From positions 140 to 64,139 of the forward strand of contig JBMNIF010000001.1 in NCBI GenBank assembly GCA_050950765.1: a DNA stretch of 64,000 bases, in the 5' to 3' direction. Source of the DNA: Bdellovibrionota bacterium. GTDB taxonomy: Bacteria > Bdellovibrionota_C > UBA2361 > JAAYZI01. Shown here one piece after another: positions 52,816 through 62,595 of the stretch (positions within the stretch are counted from its first letter, which is position 1; every line of letters starts with the position of its first letter). Under the pieces are notes generated by a model. The model was not told where the DNA came from. It ran no database searches and worked only from the letters and a program-made list of their open reading frames with translations. Made by a program: the position numbers and the translations under genes.

Positions 52816-52948
52816 AGTAGATAAAAAACAAACTTCCGAAGGCAAGCCTTGCCAAAGACTGGAACAAAAACCTCACAAAGACTGGAATGAAAAGTCTACA
52901 AAGACTGGAATGAAAACTCCACAAACACTGGAATGAAGATTGCGCTAA
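52816..52948 (+). promoter_or_regulatory. conserved upstream element T2, copy 1 (13-bp palindrome ggcaagccttgcc plus 3-4 x 21-bp subrepeats acaaagactggaatgaaaa)
   Basis: About 90% identical to 54438-54570; lies immediately 5' of the DUF4143 ATPase gene. Confidence 0.6.
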
Positions 52949-53009
52949 TACTTGAAAATACGATATACCTTCTTTAGGCTTCTTCGTTTTGAAAGTGAGA
53001 TGTGGTTTA

Positions 53010-54280
53010 TGAAAAAGTATTTGCCGAGAATTATAGATAAATTATTGCGTGAAAGATTAGAAGCTAAAGGGGCAGTTTTATTAGAAGGTCCTAAATGGTG
53101 CGGAAAGACTACGAGTGCTAAAGAGATAGCGGGTAGTTTTATATCAATGGATCAACCTGAAATGAGTGGGCAGTATCAATCTATGGCTGAACTCTCTCCA
53201 CTAACACTATTAGAAGGCAAGCCTCCGAGATTAATAGACGAGTGGCAGATAGCTCCAAACTTATGGAATGCCGTTAGATATGCTGTCGATGAAAGAGATG
53301 AATTTGGTCAATTCATTTTAACAGGCTCTGCCGTCCCTGCACAAATAGATGAGTCCATGCATACTGGCACGGGGAGAATTTCAAGACTTTATATGAGACC
53401 TATGAGCTTGTATGAGTCTAAGGATTCAAATGGCAAAGTTTCAATCGGAAACTTGTTTGCAAATAAGAAAATATCTACTAAAAGCGATACCGACTTAGAA
53501 GAAATAGCATTCCTAATTTGCAGGGGAGGCTGGCCAAAAGCGGTTGGTTTAGCCGAAAAGCAGGCTCTTTTTCAGGCAATAGATTATTTTGATGCCATCA
53601 TATCGACCGATATAAGTAGGGTAGATTCTGTGAAAAGAGATAAGGAAAAAGCAAAAAGATTTCTAAAATCTTATGCAAGAAATGTCGGAACTAGAGCTAC
53701 CCTAGAGACTATTAGACAAGATGTATTGTCTAATCATGCAGACACTTTCGACTCTGCTACGCTCTATTCATATAGAGATGCACTAACTAAAATCTTTGTT
53801 ATTGAAGATGCGCCAGCTTGGAATCCGAACTTGAGATCAAAGGTTGCTATTAGAACGACGGATGCAAGATATTTTGTTGACCCTTCAATCGCTGCAGCCG
53901 CTTTACAACTTGGTCCAAAAGATCTGTTAAACGATTTAAACACTTTTGGGCTTATCTTTGAAAATTTGTGTTTCCGTGATTTAAGAATATACGCAGACTA
54001 TCTAGATGGCGATGTCTATCAGTATAGAGATAGTAGTGGATTAGAATGCGATGCGGTAATTCACTTAAGAGACGGCTCTTATGGTCTAATTGAAATAAAA
54101 TTAGGAGGCGACACCTTAATTGAAGAAGGAGCAAAAAACTTACTAGACCTAGCCTCAAGGATAGATACAAACAAAATGAAAGAGCCTGCTTTTATGCTTA
54201 TTTTATGCGCCAAAGCTCCCTTTGCATATCAGAGAAAAGACGGGATTTGTGTGGTTCCTATAACTAGTTTAAAACCATAA
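53010..54280 (+). CDS. AAA+ ATPase with a DUF4143 C-terminal domain (COG1373-like), copy 1
   Basis: Walker A GPKWCGKTT and Walker B LIDEWQ; family-typical start MKKYLPRIIDKLL; start chosen at the internal Met at 53010. Confidence 0.7.
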
Positions 54281-54437
54281 ACCCCCCAAAAAAACTCCTC
54301 CTTAGTTTTAAGTGTAAAATTTCAATTATATAACTTATTGAAATAATTTATAAAAAGTTAAAAATCGATCCTTTAAGGTGATTGTAGCCCTTAAAAAACA
54401 TAGCATACGTAAAATAAGAAAAAAGTCTTAGAATTAG

Positions 54438-54570
54438 ATAAAAAATAAACTTCCGAAGGCAAGCCTTGCCAAAGACTGGAACAAAAACCTCACAAATACA
54501 GGAATGAAAAGTTCACAAAGACTGGAATGAAAACTCTACAAAGACTGGAATGAAAGCCCGTCAAACACTG
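54438..54570 (+). promoter_or_regulatory. conserved upstream element T2, copy 2
   Basis: Same palindrome and subrepeats as 52816-52948. Confidence 0.6.
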
Positions 54571-54804
54571 AAAGTTTCTAAAAAATTCTCTAAGCTTAAG
54601 CTTTGAAGCGATATCTCCCTTTTCATCATTTTAGGTTTTTTCTAAATATTTTTATATCAATCCCAGCTAGGTTCCTAACATACTGAAAAGATTAGATTGT
54701 TTTCTTTTGAAATTATAAAAAGACACTATCAAGTATCTTGCTTGCTACTACATTAGGTATATTTTAAGTAAAAATTACATAAACTTAGATAAAAAACTAA
54801 AATC

Positions 54805-54905
54805 TAACGGGATATAAATTAGAAATTTGACCGAATGAGAATTGGAAATTTGACCGATTATAAATTAAAAATTTGACCGAATAGGAATTGAAAATTTGAC
54901 CGATT
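54805..54905 (+). repeat. four iteron-like ~22-bp direct repeats (aaatttgaccgawt...)
   Basis: agaaatttgaccgaatg / gaaatttgaccgatta / aaaatttgaccgaatag / aaaatttgaccgattt, immediately upstream of the second DUF4143 ATPase. Confidence 0.7.
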
Positions 54906-54935
54906 TATGTTGTCTTTCTTTTTGGGAGATAAGTT

Positions 54936-56207
54936 ATGGATAGTCGATACTTGCCAAGATTAGTAGATAAATTAGTTGAGCTTAATTTAAAAGCCTTTGG
55001 GGCAATTTGTATTGAAGGTGCTAAATGGTGCGGGAAAACTTGGACATCAAGGTACCATTCTAAAAGTGCTATATATTTAGGAGACCCGAGCGAGAATTTT
55101 CAAAATAAAGAACTGATGCAATTAGCACCTAAAATAGCTTTAGATGGAGAAACTCCAAGATTAATAGACGAGTGGCAGGAACTCCCTTCTGTTTGGGATA
55201 CGGTAAGGCATGAAGTCGACAAGAGGGGGAAAAAAGGACAATTTATTTTAACAGGTTCATCAACACCAGTGCAAAAAGGTGTACTACATAGTGGAGCTGG
55301 AAGAATTTCTACTATTAGAATGAGACCCATGTCTTTATTTGAATCAAACGATTCATCTGGGCAAGTTTCTTTGCAGTCAATTTTTGATGGAACATTTGAA
55401 GCGGTAGCTCCCCCTAAAATCAATTTGCGGACGCTTATAGAGCTAACCGTTCGAGGTGGTTGGCCAGGTAGTTTAGGTTTGAGTTATGAAGAGTATAGTA
55501 TAATCCCTAAAGAATATATAAGTTCGATAATAAACCATGATATTTATAGATTAGAAGGAATCAATAGAAATTCAAAGAAGATGCATCGCTTATTAAAATC
55601 TCTTGCGAGAAATGAGTCGACAGTGGCTTCAATATCTACTTTAAGAGAGGATGTTAAAGAATATGAGAACGATGCTCTCGATAATGATACGATCTCGGCA
55701 TATTTAACTATATTTGAAAGATTGTTTTTAATCGATAATCAGAAAGCTTTTTCAAGTAATATAAGATCTGCAACTCGTATTAAGCAGGCAGATAAGAGAC
55801 ATTTTGTAGACCCCTCTTTAGCTATCGCCTTATTAGATGCAAGTTATGAAGACTTGTTAAACAATTTAAACGGATTTAGTTTTATGTTTGAGGCTCTTTG
55901 TGAGAGAGATTTAAGGATATATGCAGAAAGTTTAGGAGGTAAATTATATCATTATCAAGATTATAAGAACAGGGAAATCGATGCGATTGTAGAGTTAAAA
56001 GATGGTAGGCTTGGAGCTTTTGAAATTAAATTAGGGGTGGAGGCTGTTGATAATGCAGCAAAGTCGTTAATAGAAATAAGGGATGCTCTAAAAGCCGAAG
56101 GCTCTAACAGGCTAGATGTTTTAGTTGTAATCTCTGGTCTAAGTAATTTTGCCTATCGCAGGGAAGATGGGGTCTATGTCGTGCCGATTACAACGTTAAG
56201 ACCTTAA
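54936..56207 (+). CDS. AAA+ ATPase with a DUF4143 C-terminal domain, copy 2
   Basis: GAKWCGKTW Walker A and LIDEWQ Walker B; collinear with copy 1 but only moderately similar. Confidence 0.7.
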   Translation: MDSRYLPRLVDKLVELNLKAFGAICIEGAKWCGKTWTSRYHSKSAIYLGDPSENFQNKELMQLAPKIALDGETPRLIDEWQELPSVWDTVRHEVDKRGKKGQFILTGSSTPVQKGVLHSGAGRISTIRMRPMSLFESNDSSGQVSLQSIFDGTFEAVAPPKINLRTLIELTVRGGWPGSLGLSYEEYSIIPKEYISSIINHDIYRLEGINRNSKKMHRLLKSLARNESTVASISTLREDVKEYENDALDNDTISAYLTIFERLFLIDNQKAFSSNIRSATRIKQADKRHFVDPSLAIALLDASYEDLLNNLNGFSFMFEALCERDLRIYAESLGGKLYHYQDYKNREIDAIVELKDGRLGAFEIKLGVEAVDNAAKSLIEIRDALKAEGSNRLDVLVVISGLSNFAYRREDGVYVVPITTLRP

Positions 56208-56330
56208 AAGTAAAGTTTTTAATTTTTAAACTTTTTAGGTTATTGTGCTGCTTTAGCGTAAATTGGATATTTGAGGAGCTAAAAAACTACTCTAATAACT
56301 TGAGTGATATTAACTGATGGGGGTGAATAG

Positions 56331-56636
56331 ATGGAAAAATATTTTAGTGCAGAAGATAAAGTCAAGATACTCAAGGAGCATATGCTAGGTGAAGTGCCAG
56401 TATCGAACTTATGTGAAAAATACGGAATAAACGCTGATACATTTTATGAATGGCAAAATTTATTATTTGAAGGAGCCATTCAAAACTTTAAGCATAAAAA
56501 GCGAGGTTCAAAAAAAGCTAAGAAGCAAATTGAACGGATAGATACTTTGGAGAAGAAAATAGCGAAGAAAGATTCCGCGCTAAAGGAGCTGTTGAAACTT
56601 CACATAGATCTAAAGAAAAAGCTCGGAGAGTTCTAA
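56331..56636 (+). mobile_element. IS3-family transposase OrfA (HTH) remnant; no OrfB follows
   Basis: VKILKEHMLGEVPVSNLCEKYGINADTFYEWQ HTH and a leucine-zipper tail typical of IS3/IS911 OrfA; the next ORF is unrelated. Confidence 0.6.
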
Positions 56637-56793
56637 CAGATCATGAAGCTAAGCTGCAAATACGAGATAAGAGGTGATAGACTTTGTAGGTAAATGATAT
56701 AAGAGATCTGGTCAGAAGCAGGCTAAATGTGCTTTGCTTTTATTAAAGTGCAAATATAAACAAAAAGATGTTTTTATAAGAAAGGGAAGATCT

Positions 56794-58482
56794 ATGAAAA
56801 TTGCTTCGGTTAAAATAAAGAATTTTAGAAGCTATAAAGATGAGGTAACCGTTGATTTTGAAAATTTAACGGTATTTGTAGGGAAAAATGATTCTGGAAA
56901 ATCAACGATTTTAGAAGCACTAGATATATTTTTTAACGACGGAAAAGGGCTAGGCGTAACGAAGCTAGATGAAAACGATATAAATGTTGAGAACAAAAAA
57001 GCTGAAGATGGAGATAATGAGATCGAAATAACGGTCGTGTTTAAAGATTTGCCAGAAAAATTAATAATTGATGCCACCGTTGAAACTACTTTAGAAAAAG
57101 AGCATTTGTTAAATGGCGATAAATTAGAAATAATTAAAAGATATAAAAACGCAGGTACTCCGAAAATTTGGATTAGAGCTAATCACCCTACTAATCCTAA
57201 TTGTTCAGACTTATTATTAAAAAAACAAAATGAGTTAAAAAAAATTATTGAAGATAACAATATTGATTGCTCAGATCGGTCAGTTAACTCCGTGATGCGT
57301 GAAGCCATTTGGAAGCATTATGAAGATGATCTTAAATTAGATATTAAAGAAATAGATGTATCTAAGGAAGACGCAAAACAGATATGGGAAAAAATAAATG
57401 CTTGCTTACCAGCTTATTCATTATTTAAATCTGATAGACAAAATACCGATAGCGATTCTGAAGTGCAAGATCCGTTAAAAAATGCGGTAAATATGATTTT
57501 TAAAGAAGATAATATTATAAATAAATTAGATGAGATTGCTAAAGAAGTTAAAGAGCGATTAGAAGATGTATCTAGTAGGACATCAAAAAAGTTAGAAGAT
57601 TTTGATAAAAAAATAGCTGAAGAATTAAAGCCTGTGATACCACCAACAGACAAACTTGCTTGGAGTAGTGTATTTAAATCAGTTTCTATTTTTGGAGATA
57701 ATATTCCAATTAATAAAAGGGGAAGTGGTGTAAAAAGACTTATTTTATTAAGTTTCTTTAGAGCAGAGGCAGAAAGGCAAGCACAAGAAAATAAAAAAAC
57801 AAAAAATGGCGTTATATATGCCATAGAAGAACCTGAAACATCACAACATACAAATAATCAAAAAATTTTAATAGAAGCTTTAAAGAGTTTATCAGACAAA
57901 GAAAATATTCAAGTGATATTAACTACTCATAGTGCTTTTATAGTAAAACAGCTAGATAAACTAGATAGAGAAAAAGCCGCTAAAGATGGTGCAAAACAGC
58001 CAGATTTTTCAAATATAAGGATCGTAAATAAAAAAGAAGACAATAAAGGGAGAATTTCAAAAGTTGAAAAAAGTAGTCTTACATATCCATCATTAAACGA
58101 AGTTAATTTTTTGGCTTATGATGAGACTAGTATTGAATATCATAATGAGCTGTACGGGGCGTTGGAGTCTATGTATAGAGAATATAAGGAAAAGAAGGAA
58201 GATGAGAAAGAAAGAAGTTCCTTTAATAGTTGGTTAAAAAATGAATTAGAAGAGGCAAAGGTAAATGATGTTGAATTGGATAAGGATTACTTTAACGATT
58301 TGTGGAAAAAGCAGGAGAAGACTACTTTACCTACTTATATTAGACATATGATTCATCATCCTGAAAATAAAAAAAATGAAGAGTATACCCCAAATGAATT
58401 AAAAAGGTCGATTGAATTACTAAGAGAAGTTCTTAATATGCAGAAATTAAAAAACGATAAGGAAAGGAGGATCTGTAAATAA
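56794..58482 (+). CDS. stand-alone OLD / ABC-type (AAA_15/AAA_21-like) ATPase with an uncharacterised C-terminal domain
   Basis: N-terminal IKNFRSYKD...VFVGKNDSGKSTILEALD (Walker A), Walker B/D-loop IYAIEEPETSQH, H-loop LTTHSAFIV. The ~185-aa Lys/Glu-rich C-terminus has no Toprim motif that I can recognise. aagggaag RBS before the chosen start. Confidence 0.65.
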   Translation: MKIASVKIKNFRSYKDEVTVDFENLTVFVGKNDSGKSTILEALDIFFNDGKGLGVTKLDENDINVENKKAEDGDNEIEITVVFKDLPEKLIIDATVETTLEKEHLLNGDKLEIIKRYKNAGTPKIWIRANHPTNPNCSDLLLKKQNELKKIIEDNNIDCSDRSVNSVMREAIWKHYEDDLKLDIKEIDVSKEDAKQIWEKINACLPAYSLFKSDRQNTDSDSEVQDPLKNAVNMIFKEDNIINKLDEIAKEVKERLEDVSSRTSKKLEDFDKKIAEELKPVIPPTDKLAWSSVFKSVSIFGDNIPINKRGSGVKRLILLSFFRAEAERQAQENKKTKNGVIYAIEEPETSQHTNNQKILIEALKSLSDKENIQVILTTHSAFIVKQLDKLDREKAAKDGAKQPDFSNIRIVNKKEDNKGRISKVEKSSLTYPSLNEVNFLAYDETSIEYHNELYGALESMYREYKEKKEDEKERSSFNSWLKNELEEAKVNDVELDKDYFNDLWKKQEKTTLPTYIRHMIHHPENKKNEEYTPNELKRSIELLREVLNMQKLKNDKERRICK

Positions 58483-58669
58483 TTTTGTGTATTTTGCTAT
58501 TTCAGGACTGTGTTAACAGCTAAATTATATTTCTAAAGTAGTGATGTAGCTGAATCAAGTATCCACTAACATCAACCCTCCCCTCTAGGTTGATACCAAA
58601 AGCCCCTCTCTTCTTTATAGCTTATCATGTGGGGGCGTATTTGCCCCAGAAAATGGATTATAAGCCGCT

Positions 58670-58795
58670 GGAATCAATAAGTTAGCGCACGGTTTAGTTT
58701 ACGTACTGGTATGCCGATAATACCTCTTTTATGTTCTATATTATTCAGCAGAGATGCCTAGCCGGTATTATAAAACCGCACCTCTTCAGGTTGCT
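58670..58795. repeat. direct repeat T1, right copy
   Basis: See 52715-52815. Confidence 0.75.
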
Positions 58796-58888
58796 TTTTT
58801 AAGCGTTGAGAGATAGCGGCGGGGAATATTTAGTATGGCATGAGAAGTCTCTCTGAATATACAATCAACCTATTGTAAAAGGGAGGGT

Positions 58889-59479
58889 TTGGTGGACATT
58901 ACTCTGACTTTATGTCTCATTATTGTAATTTTGTTGGTAATTAAAATTTACAACAAACTTATACGTCTTCGGAATATTTGTAGAAATTCATTTTCACAAA
59001 TAGATGTACAACTAAAGAGGCGACACGATTTAATCCCTAATTTAGTTGAAGTTACAAAAGGCTACATGAAATATGAAAGAGAAACGTTCGAAGCCGTTAT
59101 TAAAGCACGGAATGAAGCAACTTCAGCTATAAAAGAGCTAAATTCAAAGCGGTTACTGAGTGCAAATGCTATGGCAGGGGTGGCAGGAGCTGAAAGCAAT
59201 TTAAACAACGCTTTATCGCAGCTGTTTGCGTTAGTAGAGGGGTATCCCGAACTTAAAGCAAATGAGGCGATGCAAAATTTAATGGAGGATCTACGCTCCA
59301 CCGAAAATAGAATCGCTTTTGCCAGACAGGTTTATAATGATGCTGTTATGAATTACAACACTAGGTGCGAACTCTTCCCTCATTTTTTTGTGGCGAAGCT
59401 ATTTAATTTTTCAACGGCTCCTCTCTTTGAATTAGATAATGAAAGTGAACGAGCAGCGATTAATCTTACCTTTTCATAA
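58889..59479 (+). CDS. lemA: LemA-family protein, copy 2
   Basis: Same conserved blocks as copy 1 (QLKRRHDLIPNLVEVTKGY, QLFALVEGYPELKAN); opposite orientation. Confidence 0.8.
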   Translation: MVDITLTLCLIIVILLVIKIYNKLIRLRNICRNSFSQIDVQLKRRHDLIPNLVEVTKGYMKYERETFEAVIKARNEATSAIKELNSKRLLSANAMAGVAGAESNLNNALSQLFALVEGYPELKANEAMQNLMEDLRSTENRIAFARQVYNDAVMNYNTRCELFPHFFVAKLFNFSTAPLFELDNESERAAINLTFS

Positions 59480-59621
59480 ATAATCTTTTTCTGATGATAT
59501 ACTAAAAAATGGATAAGCTTTTAAAATATCAAAAAAGAGTTAAAGGAGAGACTCTCGGCGCACTGCTCTTCTACATTATTGTAATAATAATCACGGCTTT
59601 TTGCTTACCTTTCTTCACCAT

Positions 59622-61466
59622 CCTAAATTCCCGTTTTTTTATAGTCTACACCTTAGTATTTAATATTTTATCGACAAAAATCTTCTGGTCAATTTCTAAT
59701 GCTTCTAAAATATCTTTTTGTTTTTTTGTTAATGGCTGTAGTAGCATGCTCAGATTTTCATTATCTATGCGTCTTATCATTTTAAGCGCTTCTAAAACTC
59801 TCTGAATGGTTTTTTCTACTTTTTTGTTATTATTATTTATAGTTCTTTGTAAGTCTGACCACATAATTAAGCTAAGAAAGGAGACGAAGCTTTTGCCGTC
59901 AGTAGTTTTTTCATTATGTGTTAGCATACGGTCATTATCCAATTCATTTTTTAAATTATCGAAAGCTTTCTCAATAAAGTCTCGTCGTGAATAGATATGA
60001 AGTGCTTCTTGTGGTGTCATTGTTGAGTGGTTACTCAAAAAAGCAAAAACTCCTAGCATAGATAAGATATCGGTAATTTTTTCATGATCCCTTTCAAAAC
60101 TTTCTAACTGCACTTCTTTCTTAGTTTTTATTTTGTAGTATTTAGAGTAGCGACTCATACTCATAGGCTTTTTCATTTCTTTTAGTTCATCTTCTAATCT
60201 GTCAATATGAGAGTAAAGAGTGCTCTCTTCCTCAGATGCACTTTTTGTATTTAAGTAAACGTAGAGAGAAAATTTTTCTCCATTTATCACAATATCTTTT
60301 CTTACCCCATAACAATTTGTCCCAGATATGTGATTCCTAGAAGAGCGAAGAGTAACAGATGCTTCCCTCATAGTATCGTTGTAATTTTTCTGAGATTTAG
60401 GAACAGCTACGAGAAATTCTATTTGCTCTTTTTTTATATATTCTAAATTTTCTTTTGTAATAAAACCTCTATCCAGAACATAAAATATATCATCAATACC
60501 TAAGCTTTTAGAGTATTCCATCATTGTTGTAAGAAAAACTTTATCAACAACACTTCCACTGTAAAGAAAAAAACTTATTGGTAAATTGCTGTCGGTAGCG
60601 TATAAAAGTCCGACATTTAGTTGTGGTAAATATTCTTTGTCTCTATTGTATCCATTCTCGGCAAGTGGCAAGTCTGCATAAGTAGAAAGGCTCGTAACAT
60701 CATAAGCTACAGTCTCATTGTTTTTCATAGCATGGTTTTTCCACACAGAAAAAAACTTCATTTGATCTTGTTTGGTAATCGATGAAAAAAGCTCACTTGT
60801 CTTTTGCGAGGATAGAGATATGTTTTTAGGGGTAAGAGTATTTTGCAAAAAATTATCTATATTCATCATTACATTGCCTTCGCAAGCCATGTATAACGCA
60901 GTATAAAAGATATCTTCGTATTTATCGGGAAAGATTGTTTTTAAGCATTTTAATAACCCTATAGCCTCAGCTCTCATTTTTAATGCGACTACGTGACCTG
61001 CGTCCCAAACAAAGCGAGAAGAAGCTAGATCAATAACGTCAGATGGCATTGGATAATATTTTCTAAAGTTCTCATTAGGAATCATTCTTCCTTGTCTATC
61101 AGGGTCTATCTTTCCCACAATCACTTCATCACAAGTAGGTGTGCCGTTCTTATTACGACGATGACCAAGTACGTGATACACATACTTTACGTTCCCTTTG
61201 TTATCTTTTTTATACGAAATCTTTTTTTCTGGAATTGGAATTGAAATATTTATTAAAGCCATTTTGCCTCCTATTTTTTACTGTCTCGTAGACTACGGAA
61301 GTATAGTCTACAAAGCAAAAGATGTCAATAGTTTTTTTAAAAAAATTAAAAAAACTTTTATAAAAAAACTTAATTAAATAAGTATGTTGGAGGAAATATA
61401 ATATTAGAAAATCTAAATATGAAATTAAATTATTGATATGGACTACATAAAAAACGGGAATTTAGG
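59622..61466 (-). mobile_element. insertion sequence (1845 bp) with 18-bp terminal inverted repeats (cctaaattcccgtttttt) and a 7-bp target-site duplication TCACCAT
   Basis: The left IR at 59622-59639 is the exact reverse complement of 61449-61466; tcaccat at 59615-59621 and 61467-61473; a single transposase ORF inside. Confidence 0.8.
59646..61262 (-). CDS. DDE transposase (IS4-superfamily-like, possibly IS1634-type)
   Basis: 538-aa ORF filling the IS; family assigned from general resemblance only. Confidence 0.55.
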   Translation of the reverse strand: MALINISIPIPEKKISYKKDNKGNVKYVYHVLGHRRNKNGTPTCDEVIVGKIDPDRQGRMIPNENFRKYYPMPSDVIDLASSRFVWDAGHVVALKMRAEAIGLLKCLKTIFPDKYEDIFYTALYMACEGNVMMNIDNFLQNTLTPKNISLSSQKTSELFSSITKQDQMKFFSVWKNHAMKNNETVAYDVTSLSTYADLPLAENGYNRDKEYLPQLNVGLLYATDSNLPISFFLYSGSVVDKVFLTTMMEYSKSLGIDDIFYVLDRGFITKENLEYIKKEQIEFLVAVPKSQKNYNDTMREASVTLRSSRNHISGTNCYGVRKDIVINGEKFSLYVYLNTKSASEEESTLYSHIDRLEDELKEMKKPMSMSRYSKYYKIKTKKEVQLESFERDHEKITDILSMLGVFAFLSNHSTMTPQEALHIYSRRDFIEKAFDNLKNELDNDRMLTHNEKTTDGKSFVSFLSLIMWSDLQRTINNNNKKVEKTIQRVLEALKMIRRIDNENLSMLLQPLTKKQKDILEALEIDQKIFVDKILNTKV

Positions 61467-62595
61467 TCACCATATTCCCCTGCATACAAATCTATAATGA
61501 GGTGTACCTACGGAATAGCGAAGCTAGTACTGACATACTTATGGACTATTTCGATCCAGTAATGGCTCCATTAAGTTGGATAGTGGCATTATTAATCTGC
61601 GGCAGCACCCTTTATAAAATCTTTCAATTATCAAAAGGCGAAAACGTTGCTAAATTATTAGGTGGCGTTTTAATTCCGACAGATACGCAGGAACCGAAGT
61701 TTAAAATGATCTTGAATGTTGTAGAAGAGATCTCCGTTGTTTCAGGTATTAAGCCACTTCCTGTTTATTACCTTCCAGAAGAAAAGGGGATAAATACATT
61801 TTCTGCCGGATCCTCTACTGAAAATGGTGTCATTACAGTAACGCAAGGGTGTATCGATAATCTATCTCGTGATGAGTTACAGGGGGTGATCGCACATGAA
61901 TTTTGCCATATCTTTAATGGTGATATGCGCTTAAATGTTCTGTTGATAGGGCTTATTTATGGACTTTCCCTGCCAATGTCTATGGGAAAGGGGATATTTG
62001 AATTTCTAAAGAATTTTAATAAGCGTATTAACAAAAAAGAAAACATAGTGATTACTTTAATTATAATCGGTATCACAGGTGGCATCTTAGGGAGTACGTT
62101 GGCGTTATTCTTTTGTGGTGCTATGAGCTACTTTTGCAGTATGCAAGCTAAAGCTTCTGTCACTAGGCATAAGGAGTTTTTAGCAGATGCTACCGCTGTG
62201 CAGTATACCAGAAACCCTGAAGGGATAGGGGGTGCCTTAAGAAAAATTATGGTTCTACCTGAAGGATCTGAAATTAAATCGCCTCATGTAAAAGAGATAA
62301 ACCACATGCTCTTTGCAAACTATTCTAACGACCCTCACAAAGGGGATAGGGATTTAGCTACGCATCCACCATTAGAAGAACGGATTAAAAGAATATTTGA
62401 GGTAGAGTATTAAAACCTAAGATGATCTTAGTGTGAGAGAAGTGGTGTTGTTTGGGAGTAGATTAGGTGTTTTTAATATTGCAGACACCTTTTTGTGGCT
62501 GCTATCAAAGTGCGGAATAAAGTAACTTCAACCATAAAGGAACTAATTCAGCGCTTACTCTTTGATAGATAATTTTCTTCGATGATACACGTGAG

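Larger units (their letters stand above)
59509..62413 (+). pseudogene. HtpX-like M48 peptidase paralog disrupted by IS insertion (N-fragment 59509-59621, C-fragment 61467-62413)
   Basis: The N-fragment MDKLLKYQKRVKGETLGALLFY... matches the start of the paralog at 62596. After removing the IS and one copy of the duplication, the frame reads through: ...LPFFTIFPCIQIYNEVYLRNSEAST... The C-part has HEFCHIFNGD. Confidence 0.7.

Noticed and set aside
56331-58482. IS3 OrfA plus downstream ORF as an intact IS3 element (OrfA-OrfB)
   Set aside because: The downstream ORF is an ABC-type ATPase and not a DDE OrfB, there is no frameshift window, and no terminal inverted repeats were found. This is an OrfA remnant only.
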